The position numbers and the translations under genes are program-made. DNA of 64,000 nucleotides, taken from the NCBI GenBank assembly GCA_041653755.1, contig JBAZEU010000003.1:18738-82737 (forward strand), given 5' to 3'. Shown here piece after piece: positions 57,696 to 64,000 of this stretch. Source of the DNA: Minisyncoccota bacterium (GTDB taxonomy: Bacteria > Patescibacteriota > Minisyncoccia > UBA6257 > UBA9933). The notes below the pieces were generated by a model that saw only the letters and a program-made list of their open reading frames with translations, did no database searches and was not told where the DNA came from. How positions within the stretch are numbered: position 1 is the first letter of the stretch; each line of letters starts with the position of its first letter.

Positions 57696-57762
57696 TTTAT
57701 TAACCAAAAAATATTTACTGTCTATTATTAACGATCGTTAAAGATAGACAGTAAAATAAAAA

Positions 57763-57800
57763 GAGCGCAGACCAATATGGTTACGCTCTTTCTTTTTTAT
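57763..57800. terminator. bidirectional intrinsic terminator (serves minus-strand tRNA cluster)
   Basis: agagcg-cagaccaatatggtta-cgctct with T-runs on both strands. Confidence 0.6.
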
Positions 57801-57828
57801 CTCCTTTTTAAGGAGAAGAGGCCGGGGC

Positions 57829-57922
57829 AGGATTCGAACCTGCATGGACTTATCGTCCTGCGAGTTTGCAGCCCGCTTTGCCTGTGCCTTATTACTCTTC
57901 GGCTACCCGACCGTTAATTATT
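57829..57922 (-). tRNA. atypical 94-nt tRNA-like gene, candidate anticodon GCA, long variable arm and ~10 extra nt in D region
   Basis: acceptor GGTCGGG/CCCGGCC, T-arm GCAGG-TTCGAAT-CCTGC, variable arm GGAC-GATAA-GTCC, anticodon stem GCGGG/CTCGC loop CTGCAAA (U33, A37), D-arm GCC-12nt-GGC; 5' half too long for canonical cloverleaf. Confidence 0.45.
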
Positions 57923-58007
57923 TTTTAACGAACTAAGAAACAAAAAAATCTAAAAATTAGATCATTTTTATGATAATACTATAAAATTCGAGAAAAGTCA
58001 ACTATCT

Positions 58008-58082
58008 TGGAGCCGGAGGTGAGATTTGAACTCACGACCTTTGCTTTACGAAAGCACTGCTCTACCACTGAGCTACTCCGGC
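58008..58082 (-). tRNA. tRNA-Thr (anticodon CGT), CCA encoded
   Basis: minus-strand GCCGGAG-TA-GCTC-AGTGGTA-GAGC-A-GTGCT-TTCGTAA-AGCAA-AGGTC-GTGAG-TTCAAAT-CTCAC-CTCCGGC-T-CCA. Confidence 0.85.
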
Positions 58083-58086
58083 AGTA

Positions 58087-59436
58087 TTAAAAAGACAAAT
58101 AATTTTCCAATTTATCGATAGCCACTCTTTCTTGCTTCATCGTGTCTCTGTCTCGGACCGTAACAGTATTATCTTCCAAAGTTTGAAAATCAATAGTTAC
58201 GCAATAAGGCGTTCCGACTTCATCCTGTCTTCGGTAACGGCGACCAACAGAACCGCTTTCATCGTATTGAGTTAAGAATTTTACTTTTAATAAATCAAAA
58301 ACCTCTTGCGCTTTTTTCGTGATTCCCTCTTTGTTTTTAACCAACGGCAAAACCGCCACTTTAATCGGTGAAAGTTTTTTATTTAACTTCAAAACGGTTT
58401 CTAATTCTTTGGTGGCCTCGGTTGTTTCGGTTCTGCCGCCTTCCACCTCCGAATAAGCGTCAATCAAAAACGCTAGCGAGGTTCTATCAGCGCCAGCCGA
58501 TGTTTCAATGACATAAGGAATATATTTTTCTTTTGTTGCCTCGTCAAAATACGACAAATCCTTCCCGCTAGCTTTAGAATGATTCGACAAATCCCAATCG
58601 CCTCTATGATGAATGCCTTCAATCTCATTCCACCCAAACGGAAAGTTATATTCAATATCAAAGGCCTTTCGGGCATAATGAGCCAATTCATTTTTTTCAT
58701 GTTCGTGGAACCTCAAATTTTCTTTTTTCATACCCAAACTTAAATACCAATTCATTCTTTGCTCTTTCCAATAATCAAACCATTTATCCGCCTCGTCCGG
58801 TTTTACAAAAAACTGCATTTCCATTTGTTCAAATTCACGGGTTCGATAAGTAAAATTTCCCGGCGTGATTTCGTTTCTGAAGGCCTTGCCGATTTGGGCA
58901 ATACCAAAAGGAGTTTTTAATCGCATCGAATTCTTGACCCATTCGAAATTCATATAAATACCCTGGCAGGTTTCAGCCCGCAAATAAGTGACAGCTGCAT
59001 CTTCTTCAACTGGCCCGATAAATGTCTTCATCATCAAATTAAACTTTTTCGGTGCAGCTAATTCACCGCCGCAATCCGGACAAACCACCTCTTGAATCTT
59101 AGAACTTGAATCTTGGATCTCTTTCAAATCGTCTTTTTTAAATCTTTTGTGGCATTTTTTACATTCCACTAATTCGTCGGCAAATCCAGCAGTCAAATGT
59201 CCTGATGCTTCCCAAACTTTCGGCGACATCAAAATTGACGCGTCTAAACCAACGATATTTTTCTGCAAACGGGTCATTTCATCCCACCACGCTTTCTTGA
59301 TGTTATTTTTAAGCTCAACGCCTAAAGGACCATAATCATAACAACTAGAAAAACCGCCATACGGCTCCGATGATAAATTAATAAATCCCCTGCTCTTAGC
59401 GAGATTTACTATTTTTTCCATTAAATCTTTTTTCAT
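58087..59436 (-). CDS. glyQS: glycyl-tRNA synthetase (alpha2 dimeric type)
   Basis: YDYGPLGVELKNNIKKAWW, class II motifs, C-terminal anticodon-binding domain; 449 aa. Confidence 0.85.
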   Translation of the reverse strand: MKKDLMEKIVNLAKSRGFINLSSEPYGGFSSCYDYGPLGVELKNNIKKAWWDEMTRLQKNIVGLDASILMSPKVWEASGHLTAGFADELVECKKCHKRFKKDDLKEIQDSSSKIQEVVCPDCGGELAAPKKFNLMMKTFIGPVEEDAAVTYLRAETCQGIYMNFEWVKNSMRLKTPFGIAQIGKAFRNEITPGNFTYRTREFEQMEMQFFVKPDEADKWFDYWKEQRMNWYLSLGMKKENLRFHEHEKNELAHYARKAFDIEYNFPFGWNEIEGIHHRGDWDLSNHSKASGKDLSYFDEATKEKYIPYVIETSAGADRTSLAFLIDAYSEVEGGRTETTEATKELETVLKLNKKLSPIKVAVLPLVKNKEGITKKAQEVFDLLKVKFLTQYDESGSVGRRYRRQDEVGTPYCVTIDFQTLEDNTVTVRDRDTMKQERVAIDKLENYLSF

Positions 59437-59450
59437 GATAAAATATATCT

Positions 59451-60974
59451 ATGTCTAAAATGAAAACTTTTCTTAAATCCCCTACTTTTTATCTTTTATT
59501 GATAATTATTATAGCTACTTTTCTGCGCTTTTACAATTTTACGAATGTGCCGCCCGGACTTTATCCAGATGAGGCAATGAATGGAAATAACGCATTGGAA
59601 TCATTGTCTACCGGTCATTTCAAGGTTTTTTATCCTGAAAATAATGGCCGTGAAGGATTATTCATCAACATTCAGGCATTTTTCATTTGGCTCTTTAAGG
59701 TCACCGAACCGTGGGTTTTGCATATTCCCAGTGCGTTATTCGGAATATTCACTGTTTTAGGAATTTATTTTTTGGCAAAAGAATTATTTAAATCGACCTC
59801 TGTCGGACTACTGTCTTCTTTTTTCGCGGCTACAAGTTTTTGGCTTATTAATTTTTCCCGCATCGGTTTTCGCGCCATCATGGCTCCATTTTTTCTGGTC
59901 TGGGGACTATATTTCCTAATTAAGGCCTTTCGTAATTCTAGATTCTTAATTCTTAATTCTGTATTAGCCGGAATCTTTTACGGCTTGGGTTTCCATTCTT
60001 ATATCGCCTACCGCGTAACACCATTATTAATTTTATTCGTTTTAATCTATTTTCTTATCCGCTCAATAAAAGAAAATTGGCAAAAAAAGTTTTGGCTGAT
60101 TACATTATTATTTATGGTCGTTACTATTGCCGTGTTTTTGCCCCTTGGAATGTATTTTTTGAAGAATCCCCAAGATTTTCTTGGCAGGACTTCTCAAATT
60201 TCAGTTTTCAGTTCTCCACAGCCGTTAAAAACTCTTTTATTAAATACCGCTAAAACATTTGGGATGTTTAATGTCGCTGGTGATTTTAACTGGCGGCATA
60301 ACTATAGCGGCAGACCGGAACTATTTTGGCCAGTGGGAATTTTATTTTTAATAGGAGTGTTTCTCGCTATTAAAAACTTAATTCAAAATTCAAAAATCAA
60401 AAATCAAAATGACAATTCAAAAATTTTTAATTTTCCATTTTGCATTTTAATTTTGTGGCTTCTCATCACTTCTCTCCCCGTTGTCGTTTCTAATGAAGGA
60501 TTACCTCACGCACTCCGAGCAATATTGATGGCTCCGGCATTTATTATTTTAGCTGGGCTTGGAGGTGTTTGGCTCTATGGATTTATTAAATCAAAAATAA
60601 TCACCCACAACCTAAGAACTTTAAATATCTTCATCGGTCTCTTTCTAATTATTTTGGTCTGTGAAGCCTACTTAACCTACTTTGTTTTATGGGCGAAAAA
60701 CCCGAATGTTGCCGGCGCTTTTAACCAAGATTCAACAAGAATTGGTCACGAATTAAAATCAACCTGCGGTGAGAATTGCGCTGCCTTGCCAAAATACGTG
60801 ATCGTTGAAGCGGGCGGAACAGATGTTCGAGGCATTCCAATGCCAGCCCAAACCGTAATGTTTATAACCGATACTTTTACACCTGAAAAACAAAACGCAA
60901 AAAATTTACACTACGTTTTACCAAGTCAAATTTCTCAAATCCCTCAAAACTCTCTGATTTATTCCATAAAATAA
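59451..60974 (+). CDS. PMT/ArnT-family (GT39/GT83-like) membrane glycosyltransferase
   Basis: N-terminal LRFYNFTNVPPGLYPDEA loop with catalytic Asp-Glu, ~12 TM helices. Confidence 0.7.
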   Translation: MSKMKTFLKSPTFYLLLIIIIATFLRFYNFTNVPPGLYPDEAMNGNNALESLSTGHFKVFYPENNGREGLFINIQAFFIWLFKVTEPWVLHIPSALFGIFTVLGIYFLAKELFKSTSVGLLSSFFAATSFWLINFSRIGFRAIMAPFFLVWGLYFLIKAFRNSRFLILNSVLAGIFYGLGFHSYIAYRVTPLLILFVLIYFLIRSIKENWQKKFWLITLLFMVVTIAVFLPLGMYFLKNPQDFLGRTSQISVFSSPQPLKTLLLNTAKTFGMFNVAGDFNWRHNYSGRPELFWPVGILFLIGVFLAIKNLIQNSKIKNQNDNSKIFNFPFCILILWLLITSLPVVVSNEGLPHALRAILMAPAFIILAGLGGVWLYGFIKSKIITHNLRTLNIFIGLFLIILVCEAYLTYFVLWAKNPNVAGAFNQDSTRIGHELKSTCGENCAALPKYVIVEAGGTDVRGIPMPAQTVMFITDTFTPEKQNAKNLHYVLPSQISQIPQNSLIYSIK

Positions 60975-61036
60975 TATTTTGCAAAGAAAAAGCCCCGAGT
61001 GATAAAACCTCGGGGCTTTTAAAAACTTTTAAAAAA

Positions 61037-62380
61037 TTACATCAACTCCGCCACCAGTTTGGCAATCGGCGACCTTACGCTGGCGTCTTTAAGCAAAACA
61101 TGCCCAAAACACGCTTGCCCTTTAAATCTCTCGACAGTATAAACTAGTCCGTTGGAAATTTCATCGACATAAGGATTCGCTCTTTGCTTAACGTCCCCTG
61201 TCAAAACAATCTTTGATCCTTCACCCGCTCTTGCCTCAATAATCTTTGTCTGGCTTGGAGTGAAATTCTGCATTTCATCAAAAATAATAAACGTGTCGTG
61301 TATCGTCCTCCCCTGTAAGTAATTGATTGGTTCTATTGAGATCAACCCATTTCCCAACATCATCGCTATCGGCGAAGAATCTTTCTTCCCGGGTTTGTCA
61401 GTCCCCTGTTTTTTCCCATTTGCATCGCCGTTCATAATCAATTCAAGATTATCAAAAATAGGCTTCATCCAGGGCGCAAATTTCTTTTCAACAGTTCCCG
61501 GTAAAAATCCAAGCTCTTGGCCTAATTCGAAATTCGGCCGATAGACCTCAATTCTTTTGAATCCTTTTCCAAGTTGCTCATAACCAGCAGCCAACGCCAA
61601 AAGGGTCTTGCCAGTACCACCATCTCCTACAAGCGTCACTACTGAAACATTCGAATCTTTTAGAAGCGCATACGCAAAAGATTGTTCTTTGTTCAGCGGC
61701 AATATCTTTTTCTGTTCACCCTCTTTTGTAGATTTAGCGACAAGCTTAAAATGATCTCCTTTATACAACGCCAGGACGGTTTTTATATTCGACAAGTTGT
61801 CATATAAAAAAGTACAACACTGATTTAAAAACAATTCCTTGGAAGAAATGAACTCTTCCAATTCTTTCGTTCCAAATATTCCGTCCCGATATATCTTTTC
61901 TGCAAAAATCTGACCAACAGAACTTTCAAGTTTTATTATCTTCCCGCCGGTATACATTTCATCTATGGAGCTTATCATTTTGTCATTCTTATAATCTTCT
62001 GCCGAGATATCATTAATTTTTGCATTCAGACGCAAACGTGGACTTTTCGTAACCAGAATTGCTTCCCCTTTTCCCCTTTCTTCCCATTTTCGAACAACAG
62101 TAATTATGTCTCCTTTATTGTCATCAATAAAAACCTTTCCTCCATTAGAAAGATCAGCCCCTTTTCTTGGGTCATTCCCGTTTGTGAAAATTTTATCCAA
62201 CATCTGTAAAGCTTTCCTAGAATTCAGCCCATCACCATCTATACTTCTTTTAAAAGAGTCCAATTGATCGACAACCGATATTGGAATTACTACAACGTTA
62301 TCGCCAAAACTTAAAAGCGCATCAGAATCATGGACAAGAACACTTACATCTAACACATACGTCTTCCTATTCATAAACAT
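61037..62380 (-). CDS. PhoH2-type protein (N-terminal PIN domain + PhoH-like ATPase)
   Basis: PIN: YVLDVSVLVHDSDALL...; PhoH: VTLVGDGGTGKTLLALAAG, IFDEMQN, VLTGDVKQ. Confidence 0.85.
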   Translation of the reverse strand: MFMNRKTYVLDVSVLVHDSDALLSFGDNVVVIPISVVDQLDSFKRSIDGDGLNSRKALQMLDKIFTNGNDPRKGADLSNGGKVFIDDNKGDIITVVRKWEERGKGEAILVTKSPRLRLNAKINDISAEDYKNDKMISSIDEMYTGGKIIKLESSVGQIFAEKIYRDGIFGTKELEEFISSKELFLNQCCTFLYDNLSNIKTVLALYKGDHFKLVAKSTKEGEQKKILPLNKEQSFAYALLKDSNVSVVTLVGDGGTGKTLLALAAGYEQLGKGFKRIEVYRPNFELGQELGFLPGTVEKKFAPWMKPIFDNLELIMNGDANGKKQGTDKPGKKDSSPIAMMLGNGLISIEPINYLQGRTIHDTFIIFDEMQNFTPSQTKIIEARAGEGSKIVLTGDVKQRANPYVDEISNGLVYTVERFKGQACFGHVLLKDASVRSPIAKLVAELM

Positions 62381-62459
62381 CCTCCTATTTACAAAATTGT
62401 TAAATTAGCCTCTAAAAGGATAAAATACTTCTTCAAAGGTGTCAAACAAGAGAGTTAAC

Positions 62460-63473
62460 TTATCCGTGTCTTATTTCCATCACGTCGCCGTCTTGAACAA
62501 CATATTCTTTGCCCTCTAAACGCAACCATCCTTTTTGTTTGGCCTGAGTCCAACCACTGGCTTCTAATAACTTTTGCCAATTTATAACTTCGGCTCGAAT
62601 AAAATTCTTTTCAAAATCGGTATGAATCACGCCTGCTGCTTGCGGCGCTTTTGCGCCTTTCTCAATCGTCCAAGCTCTTGTTTCGTCTTCACCGGTTGTC
62701 AAAAAACTGATTAAATCTAAAACTCCGTAGGCCTTTTTGATTAATTCGCTCAATCCCGTTTCGTTCCCCTCGTCTCCCAGATCAACGATTAGATAATCCG
62801 AGTTTAAAGATTTTATTTTATTTTTTAATTCCTCAGAAACATCTTCTGGCTTACCATTTAAAAGATAAATTTGTTTTTTTATTGTCAAAAGATTCGTTTC
62901 TTTAACAACCGGCATATCTAATATTTCTTCGCCGACATTAGAAGCTAATATGTTTTTTTCTAAAATCTCTACAACTTTTTTAATTGCTTCAAAATCTTTT
63001 TGCTTTTGTTTATCAGTTTTAGCTTCGCCTTCTAATTTTTTTAATCGTCTTTCCGCTGTGTCTAAGTCCTTCAAAATTAATTCCATATTCACGATTTCTA
63101 AATCCCTCACAGGATCCACTCCTTGCTCCACATGAATAATTTCTGATGACGGAAAACACCTTACCACCTGAACAATAGCATTAACGTCTCTGATATGAGA
63201 CAAAAATTGATTACCTAAACCCTCACCTTTATAAGCGCCTTTTACAAGCCCGGCAATATCGTAAAATTCAACAACCGCTGGAACGATTTTCTTCGAATTG
63301 CTTAATTTTGCCAATTTTTCTAATCGTTCATCAGGAACAACAACCACGCCCACATTAGGATCAATGGTGGCGAAAGGATAATTAGCGATATTCACCTGCT
63401 GTTTTGTAATTGCTTTGAATAAAGTTGATTTACCGACATTAGGCAAGCCAACAATTCCGATTGATAAATTCAT
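62460..63473 (-). CDS. ychF: ribosome-binding ATPase YchF (Obg-family, TGS domain)
   Basis: G1 GIVGLPNVGKSTLF, NYPFATIDPNVG, C-terminal TGS (KEYVVQDGDVMEIRHG). Confidence 0.85.
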   Translation of the reverse strand: MNLSIGIVGLPNVGKSTLFKAITKQQVNIANYPFATIDPNVGVVVVPDERLEKLAKLSNSKKIVPAVVEFYDIAGLVKGAYKGEGLGNQFLSHIRDVNAIVQVVRCFPSSEIIHVEQGVDPVRDLEIVNMELILKDLDTAERRLKKLEGEAKTDKQKQKDFEAIKKVVEILEKNILASNVGEEILDMPVVKETNLLTIKKQIYLLNGKPEDVSEELKNKIKSLNSDYLIVDLGDEGNETGLSELIKKAYGVLDLISFLTTGEDETRAWTIEKGAKAPQAAGVIHTDFEKNFIRAEVINWQKLLEASGWTQAKQKGWLRLEGKEYVVQDGDVMEIRHG

Positions 63474-63501
63474 GGTTATTAATTATACTGTGTCTGGAAC
63501 A

Positions 63502-64000
63502 ATGAAACAAATTTTAAAAATAATCTTTTTGGGTCTGGTAATCACCAGTATTTTTCTGCCGAATATAATATTTGCGGCAACCAAAACCCCTTTTTACTAT
63601 GCGGGTTGGATTCCTTTTTGGAAAGATCAAGCCGGCGCTCACGACCTCTCAATCCATCTTAATTCAATCTACGAAATAAGCCCTTTTTCCTATGAAGTTA
63701 ATTCCAAGGGCAAGCTTATCGATTCGATTCAAATCAATAAAGGTTTTTGGCCCGGTTGGCTTACGGCGGTTCGTGGCACTAAAACGAAAGTTATTCCCAC
63801 AATCGCCTGGTTTGACGGCGATAATATCCATAAAATACTTTCCAATAAAACCAGCCGCATCAATCAAGAAAACGCCATAACAAAATTGGTAAAAGACCAG
63901 AAATTTGACGGCATTGATATCGATTACGAAGCGAAATTGGCTGACACAAATAAATATTTTGCTCTTTTTATAGAAGGACTTGCCATCCGGCTTCATCCTT
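63502..64000 (+). CDS. secreted GH18-family glycoside hydrolase (chitinase/peptidoglycan hydrolase-like), 3'-truncated by window edge
   Basis: signal peptide; catalytic DxxDxDxE motif FDGIDIDYE; continues beyond window. Confidence 0.7.
   Translation, partial: MKQILKIIFLGLVITSIFLPNIIFAATKTPFYYAGWIPFWKDQAGAHDLSIHLNSIYEISPFSYEVNSKGKLIDSIQINKGFWPGWLTAVRGTKTKVIPTIAWFDGDNIHKILSNKTSRINQENAITKLVKDQKFDGIDIDYEAKLADTNKYFALFIEGLAIRLHP

Noticed and set aside
57180-57700. tmRNA (ssrA) hypothesis for the GC-rich unit
   Set aside because: No 5' GGGG...GGATTCGAC tRNA-like half. The candidate T-arm (ggagg-tacaaat-cctcc) does not abut an acceptor 3' strand. No plausible resume codon or tag ORF was found by eye; a covariance-model search is needed to exclude it fully.
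63664-63996. minus-strand 110-aa ORF and plus-strand 62-aa ORF (63692-63880) near the window end
   Set aside because: Both lie inside a plus-strand frame-1 ORF starting at 63502 that has a signal peptide and the GH18 catalytic motif FDGIDIDYE; they are antisense or off-frame shadows.

Overview
This 64-kb window is AT-rich and gene-dense. The gene content looks like a reduced-genome bacterium, most likely Candidate Phyla Radiation / Patescibacteria-like. That placement is inference from the gene set: a PolB-exo-like 3'-5' exonuclease, a PIN-PhoH protein, cyclophilin and a GH-like protein with Ser/Thr-rich linkers, and many cell-envelope enzymes. Most of the window is core housekeeping. It carries mreBCD-mrdA, tpiA, hpf-secA, pgk, rnhA, RNase P RNA, a MacAB-like ABC export system, uppP, rlmN, maf, obg, csp, def-fmt, rplI, rpmA, gltX, the murG-ftsW-mraY division and cell-wall block, dnaX, ftsEX, prfB with the classic +1 programmed frameshift, glyQS, phoH2, ychF, and four canonical tRNAs: Gly-CCC, Gln-CTG, Gln-TTG and Thr-CGT.

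The segments worth a second look are these. (1) A GC-richer two-gene insert of unknown function at 44.4-46.4 kb. (2) A tRNA-Gln-adjacent module at 47.7-50.6 kb: an SF2 helicase carrying five ~55-aa C-terminal tandem repeats, followed by a small P-loop kinase. (3) A peptidoglycan-remodelling cluster: two M14 carboxypeptidase paralogs, an MliC-like lysozyme-inhibitor-domain protein, an L,D-transpeptidase-like protein, an Ldt/DD-carboxypeptidase fusion and a DacA-like protein. (4) A small-ORF and nuclease accessory patch at 30.6-33.3 kb. It has a consensus sigma70 promoter, three tiny proteins, a Cas4/RecB-like PD-(D/E)XK nuclease and a hairpin-dense noncoding stretch. (5) A GC-rich, promoter- and terminator-bounded noncoding unit with a perfect SD and a 47-aa Cys/His/Gly-rich ORF at 57.2-57.7 kb, next to an atypical 94-nt tRNA-like gene with a GCA anticodon. 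(6) A 20-24-nt GC-rich palindrome, CCTGCCTGCCGGCAGGCAGG, that recurs four times, twice in-frame inside genes.

All calls come from reading the sequence and the ORF translations; no database searches were run.
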